64,000 nt of DNA from a phage. The stretch lies in the NCBI GenBank assembly GCA_012813795.1, contig GCA_012813795.1_4087.1. One strand, written 5' to 3'. The position numbers were made by a program, and so were the translations under genes. The notes beneath the pieces were generated by a model that saw only the letters and a program-made list of their open reading frames with translations, was not told the origin of the DNA and did not search any database. Position 1 is the stretch's first letter, and each line of letters begins with the position of its first letter. This document shows, piece by piece, positions 20,912-30,912 of the stretch.

Positions 20912-21356
20912 CCCTTAAACGAAGGATATTCCACAAAGAAATACCAAACACTTCAATATCATTGTACACTGTACTTAACTGAAAAACACTTTCTTCATTA
21001 ATTTCAAGGTGTGGTAAATCTATGTGTTTGTCAACATCGCTTAATGATGTAACATCAACTGCACTCGCACCTGCATTAAAAGTATTCAGTACTGTCGAAT
21101 CTTTTCTGTACACTAATCCATACAATTCCCCATTGTTATGGGTGCACATAGATAATTTTCCATTTGTTTCAGGAACAGAACCGAACTTAATAATTGTTCG
21201 GCCTGACGATCTGAAAGACATATACGTTATGGAATCGTTTTGTGAAACAATTAGCTCACTCCTAGAAAGTATACGCTCATCTTGCAGTACTACTTCCGTC
21301 AATTTGGTTAGTGTACTTAACTTATTTGCAAAAGAAATTATCTCATCATAGGTCAT
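20808..21356 (-). CDS. FamA paralog
   Basis: 182 aa; motif EESVFQLSTVYN. Confidence 0.65.
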   Translation of the reverse strand: MTYDEIISFANKLSTLTKLTEVVLQDERILSRSELIVSQNDSITYMSFRSSGRTIIKFGSVPETNGKLSMCTHNNGELYGLVYRKDSTVLNTFNAGASAVDVTSLSDVDKHIDLPHLEINEESVFQLSTVYNDIEVFGISLWNILRLRDDAPVFVYANYEDIDTCIDEMERRIDQFKQNFHI

Positions 21357-21582
21357 AGTGTTCGCTCATTTCATTCATATATTCATAGCACGATAGGTAT
21401 ATAATTTTTTTAATCATAAAAGACATATCAGATTTGTCACTGTCCTCTGCAATACGAAAAATATAACGCATATTAGCAAAGATATAAAGAGGTATATCCG
21501 ATTCTTCAGTACCAGAAAATATATCTATAATAAACCCATAACTAAAATCCGATGCTGGTGCTTGTTCAAAAGTATTGTCCAT
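21346..21582 (-). CDS. hypothetical protein
   Basis: 78-aa minus ORF. Confidence 0.5.
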   Translation of the reverse strand: MDNTFEQAPASDFSYGFIIDIFSGTEESDIPLYIFANMRYIFRIAEDSDKSDMSFMIKKIIYLSCYEYMNEMSEHYDL

Positions 21583-21772
21583 TTTTCATCCTTATAATAC
21601 CCAAAAGATACTTAATATACGTCTCAACTGAAGCCTCCTGGTATTGTGTCCCTATGTACATCAGTAACTGTAATTCCGACACGTCATTTTGATTGGATGA
21701 CCTGATTGCAGTGAACATTTGAGCACTGTATTGGTTAAGAATATCTTGCATGTCTCTGTGTCTTATACCCAC
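21566..21772 (-). CDS. FamB paralog
   Basis: 68 aa; motif LLMYIGTQYQEASV. Confidence 0.6.
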   Translation of the reverse strand: MGIRHRDMQDILNQYSAQMFTAIRSSNQNDVSELQLLMYIGTQYQEASVETYIKYLLGIIRMKNGQYF

Positions 21773-21990
21773 GTGGACTCCCCCTTTCCTTGAACTTTAT
21801 TCTGAATTAATTTCTGAAGGTTAAAAATGTAATCTTTCATCACAACCTCTTGATAATTAGTTCCAAGAAAATGATTCAACTTGTAATCATGATATGGACG
21901 CCTCTTCTTCAAAAGGGGATGAAATGTATTCCATTTTGTGTAAATGTCAGAACACATTCTGTAGTACTGGTGTTTTGGAATATACTTCAT
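21763..21990 (-). CDS. FamB paralog
   Basis: 75 aa; motif HFLGTNYQEVVM. Confidence 0.6.
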   Translation of the reverse strand: MKYIPKHQYYRMCSDIYTKWNTFHPLLKKRRPYHDYKLNHFLGTNYQEVVMKDYIFNLQKLIQNKVQGKGESTWV

Positions 21991-22556
21991 AGTATACCAT
22001 CAACGAATACATCTTCGAATTCAAATGTTGAAGTATCAATGTATAAATTACTTCTGAAGTTCATTTGCATCTCCATATATAGACGCAAGATCATGTACAT
22101 GTCATCTGTACATGACAATTGAAACATCTGCTCTTCAAATGTGTTGTAATTGTATTTTGGGATTTCAATAGTACTACTCTTTACTGTATCCCACCAGTTC
22201 TGAATACCAAAATATAATTCAGTACTTTTTCCTGTATAAAACAAATTCATGATTTGATTTTTTTCATTCAAGTACAAACGGTTCGTGCCGCATACGGCAA
22301 TACCAATACCAATAAGTGTAAGTGCAGGAAGACCGTCACGTAATACACGACAACGATGAAATGTACCACCCTTATAGACTGCCTGTAGGTAGTATCCTTC
22401 TTTAATAATGTCTCGTGATGGAATCAAACCAGTACTACAATCCTTAAGCAAAGGAACTATAATGTTGATTTTACGAGATAATTCCTGCATTTCCTCTGCA
22501 TTGTAAGCATCAATAATCATTTCATGTGCACCTTTTGAATTAATATTACTGTGCAT
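21987..22556 (-). CDS. FamA paralog
   Basis: 189 aa; motif EEQMFQLSCTDD. Confidence 0.65.
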   Translation of the reverse strand: MHSNINSKGAHEMIIDAYNAEEMQELSRKINIIVPLLKDCSTGLIPSRDIIKEGYYLQAVYKGGTFHRCRVLRDGLPALTLIGIGIAVCGTNRLYLNEKNQIMNLFYTGKSTELYFGIQNWWDTVKSSTIEIPKYNYNTFEEQMFQLSCTDDMYMILRLYMEMQMNFRSNLYIDTSTFEFEDVFVDGIL

Positions 22557-22592
22557 TGTAACACAGTACAGGCTCTTGTCAATAGCATGAAC

Positions 22593-23039
22593 TCATTTTT
22601 TAGAACTAATCTTACGTAAGTACTCAAAGTAATCTAAATCAATGTATACCTGATCGTGCTTCAAGTTCATAGTACTAATAAGATAAAACAAACGTAATAC
22701 ATGTAGTTCTTCATGATTCAGTACTGTACTCAATTGAAAGTATCCTTCGTCAGTACCTACACTTTGTATTGTCTCTCTGGTATACACTGTACGGTCATCA
22801 CTACTGTCACGTACCACAATCAACTCGTCTGCCAGTGCATTATAGGAGATGTAATTTGAATAAGAATTGAAAAATGATTGCTCATCAGAGCACCCACCAC
22901 AGAAAGTAAAATATACACACCCACCTTTCTCGTATTCAAGTTCACTACCCAATACTTTAGGATTATCATTGAAGTACTTGATTATTTGTACAATATCCTG
23001 AACCAACTTATCATTTACTTCATAATAATAAAAAAACAT
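22593..23039 (-). CDS. FamA paralog
   Basis: 148 aa; motif DEGYFQLSTVLN. Confidence 0.65.
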   Translation of the reverse strand: MFFYYYEVNDKLVQDIVQIIKYFNDNPKVLGSELEYEKGGCVYFTFCGGCSDEQSFFNSYSNYISYNALADELIVVRDSSDDRTVYTRETIQSVGTDEGYFQLSTVLNHEELHVLRLFYLISTMNLKHDQVYIDLDYFEYLRKISSKK

Positions 23040-23044
23040 TACAA

Positions 23045-23500
23045 TTACCTCTTATATTTCTGTGTCTCTATGTATTCATAATCCATATAGAAACATGTTG
23101 AATCTATACTTTTAAAGTACCACATAATGACCAGAGTATCGAGTTCATGTTCAGTATATACAGTACTTTGCTGAAAGTAATACTCTTCACTATCCCACGG
23201 ACCATCCAGTACTGAAAACGGAATTGTCAAATCTTTAGCATAATAATCAGGGTTGTATACGGTTATATCTGACCCTGGGTAGTAATTGATAAAGTAGTAC
23301 AAAGGGTTATAACCACAATTATCATGATCATAATCATCACATTGCAGTACTAATGTATCAGAACCATCAAAATCCTCAATATTCTTCGTGCAATATTCAG
23401 TCTCTGACATTTTGAAGATACCTGGAATTTCTCCACCTTTGACCTTAATCATGTACTCATGAATCTTCTTTGCTTCTTTCAATGCACTTTGTAACGACAT
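23045..23500 (-). CDS. FamA paralog, MSL-subfamily
   Basis: 151 aa; N-terminus MSLQSALKEAKKIHEYM; motif EEYYFQQSTVYT. Confidence 0.65.
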   Translation of the reverse strand: MSLQSALKEAKKIHEYMIKVKGGEIPGIFKMSETEYCTKNIEDFDGSDTLVLQCDDYDHDNCGYNPLYYFINYYPGSDITVYNPDYYAKDLTIPFSVLDGPWDSEEYYFQQSTVYTEHELDTLVIMWYFKSIDSTCFYMDYEYIETQKYKR

Positions 23501-23943
23501 TACAAATCCCCTGTACTTAAATATTCACATGCTCCCCAGTCAAGAAAGAATGGTTCAAAATTCAATTCCTTAAAGTACCACAACACAACCAAGGAATCAA
23601 GCATTTCTTGGTTAAAAATGAGACTCTGTTGGAAGTAATACTCTTCAGTACCCCACGGGCCATCAAGTACCCCGAAGTCAACAGGTGAATTTGATGTGTC
23701 AAAAGTAATCTTAGTACCTGGAATATATACCATAAAACTAGTATATTGACTACATGAAGAGTACTGTATAGTATTGTCTTTATCATGACCCATAAGTAAA
23801 ATATCAGCAGAGTATGTCTTTATACCTGATAGATAATACTCATTACCAAAAGCACTTACTTTATCACCATAGAACCCACTTTTTATGTTATCGTGGAAGT
23901 GATGTATTTTGTGTGCCAGTTCAAGTGCACTTACTAAACTCAT
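23500..23943 (-). CDS. FamA paralog, MSL-subfamily
   Basis: 147 aa; MSLVSALELAHKIHHF; motif EEYYFQQSLIFN. Confidence 0.65.
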   Translation of the reverse strand: MSLVSALELAHKIHHFHDNIKSGFYGDKVSAFGNEYYLSGIKTYSADILLMGHDKDNTIQYSSCSQYTSFMVYIPGTKITFDTSNSPVDFGVLDGPWGTEEYYFQQSLIFNQEMLDSLVVLWYFKELNFEPFFLDWGACEYLSTGDL

Positions 23944-24410
23944 ATATCCTCTTTTATAACTCGTAATAGATCCAAGTCCATATAGAAGTTAGGACAATCA
24001 GTGTTGTTAAAGTACCACAGAATGACAAGCTTGTCAAGCACATCTTCCTCGTAGATAGTATTCTGCTGGAAGTAGAACTCTTCACTTCCCCAGTCATTAT
24101 CCAGTACTGAATACGGAAGATATACCTCTGGTGCACCTGTTTGAATAAATGAATCTTGGATTAAAATATCAGCATCACGACAGAAGTACATGTAATTATC
24201 TTCCAAATTAACATCACATCCAATGAGTGTTGTTTCAGAATCATCTAAGTTTTCTTCATACATATGAATATATTCACTACTGTCATCGTATATCATTCGA
24301 CAATATGATTTACCTTCCTTGAATAGATATCCATTGAGACAATTTGATACAATTTCTTTGCTGCATAAATCAATTAACTTCGCAATCTCTAATGCTCTTT
24401 CTAAACTCAT
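23940..24410 (-). CDS. FamA paralog, MSL-subfamily
   Basis: 156 aa; MSLERALEIAK; motif EEFYFQQNTIYE. Confidence 0.65.
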   Translation of the reverse strand: MSLERALEIAKLIDLCSKEIVSNCLNGYLFKEGKSYCRMIYDDSSEYIHMYEENLDDSETTLIGCDVNLEDNYMYFCRDADILIQDSFIQTGAPEVYLPYSVLDNDWGSEEFYFQQNTIYEEDVLDKLVILWYFNNTDCPNFYMDLDLLRVIKEDI

Positions 24411-24411
24411 T

Positions 24412-24894
24412 TCAACCCCTGTGAAGTTTATTAATACCGTTATCTACAGTTTTCTTTACGTATCTGTAATCGAAATAGAAGTTCGCAGAACCAATACTTT
24501 TAAAGTACCACATAATTACAATACAATCAAGTTCTTCTTCATTGTATACAGTACTTTGTTGGAAGTAATACTCTTCACTATCCCACGGACCTTCCAGTAC
24601 TGCACACGGAATTATAATGTCATCGGTATCGTGGACAGTACTGTAGATGGTAATATCTCCATCATTAACATAGACCATGTACTCATTATGCATATCAATG
24701 AAACATTCATAATCATTAGGGTCGGTATCTAGTACGCACGTTTCTGTATCTGGGAAGTCATTATCAATGAGGTTATCAGAGACATAATATTGAGTACTTG
24801 TGTCTTTGGAAATACCGTAAACTGAACCTTCTTTTGCCATATTCATGTACTCATGAATCTTCTTTGCTTCTTGTAATGCTCTTTCTAAACTCAT
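24412..24894 (-). CDS. FamA paralog, MSL-subfamily
   Basis: 160 aa; MSLERALQEAKKIHEYM; motif EEYYFQQSTVYN; C-terminal ...LHRG encoded by a repeated junction sequence. Confidence 0.65.
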   Translation of the reverse strand: MSLERALQEAKKIHEYMNMAKEGSVYGISKDTSTQYYVSDNLIDNDFPDTETCVLDTDPNDYECFIDMHNEYMVYVNDGDITIYSTVHDTDDIIIPCAVLEGPWDSEEYYFQQSTVYNEEELDCIVIMWYFKSIGSANFYFDYRYVKKTVDNGINKLHRG

Positions 24895-24895
24895 T

Positions 24896-25078
24896 TCAAC
24901 CCCTGTGAAGTGTCTTAATATATTCTCGGTACGCCCAGAGAATATTAGCTATATACAATTCACTACTATCTCGTGCACCGAAGCTGTCATTTGTAATACA
25001 GTTTTTATGACTAATGTCTTTAACAAAACGACGAATAACTGCGTTTATAAATGATTCCATTTGTTCTTTTTTAAGCAT
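24896..25078 (-). CDS. hypothetical protein, possible duplication remnant
   Basis: 60 aa; shares only the C-terminal LHRG-stop junction with 24412..24894. Confidence 0.4.
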   Translation of the reverse strand: MLKKEQMESFINAVIRRFVKDISHKNCITNDSFGARDSSELYIANILWAYREYIKTLHRG

Positions 25079-25404
25079 CAGTACTCCAGATTAATAGAAT
25101 AAATGCAAGAACGAACTATTTGGTCCTTGTTATCTCTGTAGTACTTTTGTAATGCAAGGTACATAAAGAAATCGATTTCTTTATCCCATACTAATGATTC
25201 CTGAAATATAAAACTTTCATAGTTCTCCATGTATTCGCATTCGATGTAATTAGGAAGCTTATCTGTTTTGGATATGTACTCAATATTACATTCATTGAAA
25301 TCACGAATAATCAATATAGGTGTTTTATTCAATGTAGTAAAAAAGCACGTATAAGTAAAACCACTTCCCATTGTACTTGAAGAAACATATATTTTAGTAT
25401 TCAT
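25078..25404 (-). CDS. FamA paralog (short)
   Basis: 108 aa; motif ESFIFQESLVWD. Confidence 0.6.
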   Translation of the reverse strand: MNTKIYVSSSTMGSGFTYTCFFTTLNKTPILIIRDFNECNIEYISKTDKLPNYIECEYMENYESFIFQESLVWDKEIDFFMYLALQKYYRDNKDQIVRSCIYSINLEY

Positions 25405-25748
25405 TAGAATCTACTCTTAATAAGTTTATTACAGTGCTCATTGTATTCTTCCTCGGAAATAACTTGAGTACTGCTATTGTTGAAATGATTTCTGTAATGA
25501 CCAGTATTCAAACAGAATGATGCGTTGTTACGAGTTATAATGTATTTCACAATTTCTCCGCACCAGACTTCTCCAGTGAAAGTCTTTATTTTAATTTTAG
25601 TACCATTATGTTTTTTCTGTAGTACTACTTTTATTTCTTCGAACATTTCATTAAAGAAAGAAAGACTTGTCCATCCGTGCATTAAATCTTCAATTTCATA
25701 TAATGTATTCTGGAGAAGATCTATTTCACGGTATTCATTGTATGTCAT
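25404..25748 (-). CDS. hypothetical protein
   Basis: 114-aa minus ORF; no FamA motif. Confidence 0.55.
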   Translation of the reverse strand: MTYNEYREIDLLQNTLYEIEDLMHGWTSLSFFNEMFEEIKVVLQKKHNGTKIKIKTFTGEVWCGEIVKYIITRNNASFCLNTGHYRNHFNNSSTQVISEEEYNEHCNKLIKSRF

Positions 25749-25759
25749 AGTTAAGACCC

Positions 25760-26116
25760 CTATAGATTGAAATAGTACTGAACCGTCTTGTGCTTATCTA
25801 GAGTTAATTCCATCATGCACTTCGCAGAGTATTCTTTCATGATATTCTGAATACCAATAACTTCATCTAGTGTACAAATATATTTCTTATCGAACACTAA
25901 TGATTCCTGAAATAGAGTAGCCTCATCCATTTCTGTATAGTCCAGCATAGGTTCATTAACACCACCACCAACTCGACCGTAATCAACAAAAGAAAATCCA
26001 TCTAATGTGTACTTAATATATCGGTCCAACGAATGATTGGTATCCCCCTTAACGAGATTACAATAGAACTCAACCTTTTTGTAGAAAAAACTGTGAATAG
26101 CAAAATCATTGCTCAT
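25760..26116 (-). CDS. FamA paralog (short)
   Basis: 118 aa; motif EATLFQESLVFD. Confidence 0.6.
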   Translation of the reverse strand: MSNDFAIHSFFYKKVEFYCNLVKGDTNHSLDRYIKYTLDGFSFVDYGRVGGGVNEPMLDYTEMDEATLFQESLVFDKKYICTLDEVIGIQNIMKEYSAKCMMELTLDKHKTVQYYFNL

Positions 26117-26316
26117 AATAACCTCTACTATAATTAATAAGGTAAACTACAATATAAGGAGCACGTTCGGCGGCGGGGTATTTTTTGTTTAAGGAAACAT
26201 GAACTGTACTCTGAAAAACACAATATAAAATTTTATATTAAACATATACCTTAACATGTTTTTCAGCGAAAATTTTTTTGACCCCCAAAAACAAGCCTAT
26301 ATTTATCATTTTAAAA

Positions 26317-26883
26317 TTACCCCTTTTCCGCGTCCTTATCAAACACGTACTGTATGTACTGAAGCATTGCAACGAGATCAATATCACGGTCAAATCTCAA
26401 CGTTAACTTCTCCGTTAACTCCCCGAAGGTATCATAATAATGCTTAACAAAATAACGATATCGTATTGAATTATAATCGTGCAATGTACTGTACTGAAAC
26501 ACTACATCAGGACTATATGGCATCAAATCTATAAGCTCACTTACTTTTAATTTCTCATTTTCGCCATTATTTTTAACTGTTATATATTCATTTGAACTGA
26601 ACCATGCACATGATACATCTGAACAAATTGATGTTGTACTGTAAAATCTATCTGTACTCACAAATAATACACTATGTGATTTGTTGGATTTTCTTTCGTA
26701 AATCGATAAATCCGACATAAGCGTAATGATTGGTTCGTGACGAAATTTATCATGCTGGTACGTTTCCTGAAACGCATTCGGATTTTTGTAAATCCTATCT
26801 ACAATTAAATACAACCCCTTGATGTATTCTAAATCATCTTCTATCGCTTTGCATGTACTTTCTATGTCCTGAAGGTCCAGCAT
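26317..26883 (-). CDS. FamA paralog
   Basis: 188 aa; motif PDVVFQYSTLHD. Confidence 0.65.
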   Translation of the reverse strand: MLDLQDIESTCKAIEDDLEYIKGLYLIVDRIYKNPNAFQETYQHDKFRHEPIITLMSDLSIYERKSNKSHSVLFVSTDRFYSTTSICSDVSCAWFSSNEYITVKNNGENEKLKVSELIDLMPYSPDVVFQYSTLHDYNSIRYRYFVKHYYDTFGELTEKLTLRFDRDIDLVAMLQYIQYVFDKDAEKG

Positions 26884-27419
26884 TACTCCCCCTTAATCTC
26901 TTTGAGATCTTTTACTAACCTATCGTACCACGTTAAAGCTAAAAAGAAATTCGTTTTCACATTAGCACGTAATACATTATATACTTGCTGCACCTGTAAA
27001 ACATAAGGATCTTGTACTAAGGACTCCTGAAAATATTCTTCAGGACTCAGGATGTTAGGATTCAAGGTTGCAATATCAACGTGCTTTGTTAAACCAAAAA
27101 AGGTTTCTTCCTCTCTCTTGCTCATATCCAAATAACGAATCCAATTCACTGGAGCGAACTCTTCAGATGCTGATGTAGCCGATGTAATAGCATTGAACAA
27201 AAGACAATACTCTAACTGCATCTTCTCACCTACAGCGTGCATTACCGTATCTCTCCTGTAATACACAATAGAGGGATACTTTTCAATATCGCTCTTAGGC
27301 TCAAGCCATCCTTCCTTGTGCTTAGGATAGATGTGGTCAAAATCCCCAGCCTCAAACGCCTGTACGATTTTTACTAAATTGTCAGCGAACTCGTACTCAA
27401 AATGTTTGTGCTGGATCAT
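26883..27419 (-). CDS. FamA paralog
   Basis: 178 aa; motif PEEYFQESLVQD. Confidence 0.65.
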   Translation of the reverse strand: MIQHKHFEYEFADNLVKIVQAFEAGDFDHIYPKHKEGWLEPKSDIEKYPSIVYYRRDTVMHAVGEKMQLEYCLLFNAITSATSASEEFAPVNWIRYLDMSKREEETFFGLTKHVDIATLNPNILSPEEYFQESLVQDPYVLQVQQVYNVLRANVKTNFFLALTWYDRLVKDLKEIKGE

Positions 27420-27471
27420 CTAAATCACTCCCGTCTTTGTTGTATTGTGTGTTATTGCATGTTATTGCGTA

Positions 27472-28110
27472 TTATAACACAATCTCTTTTAACTTCAAAA
27501 TGAAATCTTCATATACTTTTATCTGAAAATGCGGACTCTGTGCACTGAAACTAAACCCATGTTCAATCAATTTCTTGTACTCATTCGCATATTTGCACAA
27601 CTTCAGGATTTCGGTAGGGTCCACCATATCCTTCTGTACTAAGGACATTTGAAAAAGCACTTCCTCTACACCCTCGTACTCTTGCCCTGCAATGTAACAT
27701 ATGTCATCTTCTAACGATAATGATATGAACGTCTTTGTACTTATTGCATTACCATCTTTTGAAACACCATAATCTGCAACTGAATCCACAAAGGAATCCG
27801 GCTTAGATGAACCTGCTATGTCGCAAATGTACTTGTCAATGTATGTGATGTTATTGTTGTTATCGAATATACCAAATGCTAATGACGTGTCAAATACTTC
27901 CCTGAAACCAATTCTGTCACTACCGATAACTAAAACTAATTTACCACAGGATGCACTGTATCTGGATGCGGAATCAAATGGAATCTCCAATTTTGAATTC
28001 TCAGGGAAAATAGCATTGAACTTCTTTAGCATTTCAAACATATAAGGAACATGAGGCTCCATGAACTTCATCACCTCATACGGTGAAGCATTTCTGGGAA
28101 AATTATTCAT
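27472..28110 (-). CDS. FamA paralog
   Basis: 212 aa; motif EEVLFQMSLVQK. Confidence 0.65.
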   Translation of the reverse strand: MNNFPRNASPYEVMKFMEPHVPYMFEMLKKFNAIFPENSKLEIPFDSASRYSASCGKLVLVIGSDRIGFREVFDTSLAFGIFDNNNNITYIDKYICDIAGSSKPDSFVDSVADYGVSKDGNAISTKTFISLSLEDDICYIAGQEYEGVEEVLFQMSLVQKDMVDPTEILKLCKYANEYKKLIEHGFSFSAQSPHFQIKVYEDFILKLKEIVL

Positions 28111-28627
28111 AGGTTTTTACCCTTAAATTTTCGAAATCCCATACATCGCTGATTGTACCCTCGTGTCTGTAATCATAATATTGTACTAAAACATTATACA
28201 ATAACTTCAACGATACAAATTCATGATTCCACGGAGCTTTATTCTCATGAACACATTTAGAGATATAAGGTATCATATATAAAGCAACCATCTCTAATGG
28301 TTCATGTACACATTGCTTTTGAAAATATTCTTCTTCTTGCATACAATGCTCAGGAATAATTAGATCATCATGTTTACCGAAGACATATGAACCTACTGTG
28401 TATTTTTTCACATCGCAAGCGAACCATATTGTACTATCCGAAACAAATGGAATGATACCATTATTGTTTGCAATGTACATCATATGGTAAGAGCTATTTG
28501 GCTTGTTAAATACCTCTATACTTTTAATATTACTACAAATCGCGTATTCAATACAATCAATAATCTTATCTTTAAATGCACCAATTTCATTGAATGTCAT
28601 TGCTTTCTGTATTGTTGAACTGCTCAT
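28103..28627 (-). CDS. FamA-like
   Basis: 174 aa; motif EEEYFQKQCVHE. Confidence 0.6.
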   Translation of the reverse strand: MSSSTIQKAMTFNEIGAFKDKIIDCIEYAICSNIKSIEVFNKPNSSYHMMYIANNNGIIPFVSDSTIWFACDVKKYTVGSYVFGKHDDLIIPEHCMQEEEYFQKQCVHEPLEMVALYMIPYISKCVHENKAPWNHEFVSLKLLYNVLVQYYDYRHEGTISDVWDFENLRVKTYE

Positions 28628-29148
28628 ATGTTCTCCTTAAAAAAATCCAAATACTCTTCATTGAAAGCATAGGTATCATCTTTTTTGTTATGCACAATGT
28701 AATCATAAAGAGCAATGAATGCAGGGATTATGATCTTACATGATTTATTATTGTATTTGTGCTGCTCCAAATCAACGGTGTTCAATTTAGCAATAAGCAT
28801 AGCAGCAAAGATATCTTCATGGTGGTGTACTGTGCTGTACTGAAAATATTCATCCTCTCCAATATCGGGTTGATTTAATTGTATATCCAAATAATCATGC
28901 TCATTGGACCTTGTTATATTATATCTTTGTAATGCGACTGAATGCATGAACCACAATCTATCTTCTTTGAAATATGGAAAAATCGTTTGTTCTGTGCTAA
29001 CAAAAATTTCCTCATTTTTATCATATTTCACAAGAGGTGCATACATTTTATTTTTTGATGCACTAATAATTAAATTAAAAATATAATGAACCTTATACAC
29101 TGCACTTGATGCATCTTCGTATGTACTTGGGATCATGAAACTCGCCAT
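28624..29148 (-). CDS. FamA paralog
   Basis: 174 aa; motif EDEYFQYSTVHH. Confidence 0.65.
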   Translation of the reverse strand: MASFMIPSTYEDASSAVYKVHYIFNLIISASKNKMYAPLVKYDKNEEIFVSTEQTIFPYFKEDRLWFMHSVALQRYNITRSNEHDYLDIQLNQPDIGEDEYFQYSTVHHHEDIFAAMLIAKLNTVDLEQHKYNNKSCKIIIPAFIALYDYIVHNKKDDTYAFNEEYLDFFKENI

Positions 29149-29228
29149 AAATGTCTCCTTTAAAATGAATACACATGATAACAGCTTTGGTCTTCTATGT
29201 CAATACCAAAACAAAAAAAGCCCATATC

Positions 29229-29726
29229 TTACGATACAGGCTCGGTTGGGTAAAAGGACTCATATACATTTTTCATTTGCTGGAAATAAAAATATACATG
29301 ATTCTTAAGCACACCATTCTCATAAAGCATCTTATATATTGCGTAGAAAAAGATATCAATTTCTTCATACAATGTACTGTACTGGAACCACAATTCCGGT
29401 GTCAAGGGTTCTGTACTGTATTTGATTTCCAACAAAGCATCATCCATTGGTTTATCACGTCCTGGATACGTATACCAAAGGTCATCTCTTTCCAGACGAA
29501 GATCATTTTCATCAGGATATACATTGTCAGGAGCAAAATTTAAAAAACTAAAAAGCACTTTACCTGAATTTGATTCTTCTAACTGATTGTTGATGTAATC
29601 ATATTTGTGATTTATTGAAGCATATCCTTTTCCTTCATATGCTTTCATTATATTGTATACACCTTCAATGTACTTAACGTACTGTACAGCACTCTCTAAA
29701 CTAAATTCCACTTTACATTTTTGCAT
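29229..29726 (-). CDS. FamA paralog
   Basis: 165 aa; motif PELWFQYSTLYE. Confidence 0.65.
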   Translation of the reverse strand: MQKCKVEFSLESAVQYVKYIEGVYNIMKAYEGKGYASINHKYDYINNQLEESNSGKVLFSFLNFAPDNVYPDENDLRLERDDLWYTYPGRDKPMDDALLEIKYSTEPLTPELWFQYSTLYEEIDIFFYAIYKMLYENGVLKNHVYFYFQQMKNVYESFYPTEPVS

Positions 29727-30058
29727 AATAAAATAATCTCAACTAAAGCAAGAACTGTATTGAATTCAAAACACCCTGTGATTCCTTGAATGCTCATGTA
29801 CTTTGCTATTACATATTTCTGTACTAAATTATCATTCTTCTTGAATTCATCAAACGCATCATTACAACGTGTCATGTATTCTGTACTCAAAAATATCTTA
29901 TGCATCTCTAATGCACTCTGATAATATGCGTACAACTCACGAATATCTATACTACGCAAATCACTTTGTTCGTACTTATGATACGGAATAGCTTCAATTT
30001 CAATATTATAAAACCATTCTGTTAACTTATTAATATCAAATGTATTATTCAGCTTCAT
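29696..30058 (-). CDS. hypothetical protein
   Basis: 120-aa minus ORF; no FamA motif. Confidence 0.55.
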   Translation of the reverse strand: MKLNNTFDINKLTEWFYNIEIEAIPYHKYEQSDLRSIDIRELYAYYQSALEMHKIFLSTEYMTRCNDAFDEFKKNDNLVQKYVIAKYMSIQGITGCFEFNTVLALVEIILLCKNVKWNLV

Positions 30059-30623
30059 AACTCAATATCTCCATTAAGCACTCATAAACACCATCAATCG
30101 CATAAGCACAAAAATTGAAATTAATTTTGTGATTCTTGTGTAATGGACTATTGTGTACTGTACTCAACATAACACTATAAAACAAAGAACGTTCATGGGT
30201 AAATAATGATTCCTGAAAAAATGCTTCCTCTGATTTAATTTTATTATATTCAATCGGTTGATCATTAGAATAAAATGAATCTTGATTTGAATTGTACCAT
30301 GTGCAATCCAAATCATTCTTTGATATAACTGGTGTTGGATTAAACTGTAAAAGACTAATAACACTACGGGCATTCGGTGTATCAGGTGTATTGAATCGTT
30401 TGTCAAAATGACGTGTGCACGCAATATGTGAATCAAAATCAGATGGTTTAAACCCTATGCACGCGTTAATGATTCTTGTATATGGTTTTTTATTATGTGC
30501 TGCTTTCTGTACATTATATAAGGCTGCAACAATACAAGCTAACTTTTGTCCCATAAGGATTGCATTAGCATAGGTGTACTGAATATCCTTACTTTCATTA
30601 TACTCATTGTACTTCGAGGTCAT
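30045..30623 (-). CDS. FamA paralog
   Basis: 192 aa; motif EEAFFQESLFTH. Confidence 0.65.
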   Translation of the reverse strand: MTSKYNEYNESKDIQYTYANAILMGQKLACIVAALYNVQKAAHNKKPYTRIINACIGFKPSDFDSHIACTRHFDKRFNTPDTPNARSVISLLQFNPTPVISKNDLDCTWYNSNQDSFYSNDQPIEYNKIKSEEAFFQESLFTHERSLFYSVMLSTVHNSPLHKNHKINFNFCAYAIDGVYECLMEILSYEAE

Positions 30624-30912
30624 AATATTTCCTTTCCCATTCGGTTACATGTGCATTAAAATTCATAACAGCTTTCTGTATCTTTTTTAATAATAACACA
30701 TCATATCCACCTGTGTCAATCACTAATTGCTGTTGAAACAATTCTTCGTCGGATAATGTATTGAAATCTACAAAATAATCTGTGACTTCGTTATCATTTA
30801 AATGTGCCATGTACCAACCTGAACTACATGAATAAATCAAATTCCAACCGTCTTCATCGCCTTCTAATTCAACATAAATCATATCTTTGGTATAGAGCAT
30901 TCTATACTTCAT
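30604..30912 (-). CDS. FamA-like (short)
   Basis: 102 aa; motif DEELFQQQLVID. Confidence 0.6.
   Translation of the reverse strand: MKYRMLYTKDMIYVELEGDEDGWNLIYSCSSGWYMAHLNDNEVTDYFVDFNTLSDEELFQQQLVIDTGGYDVLLLKKIQKAVMNFNAHVTEWERKYYDLEVQ

Noticed and set aside
24319-24732. Plus-strand ORF (137 aa)
   Set aside because: Overlaps two FamA genes on the other strand; all supported genes in the window are minus-strand.
29175-29543. Plus-strand ORF (122 aa)
   Set aside because: Antisense to FamA gene 29229..29726; no SD.
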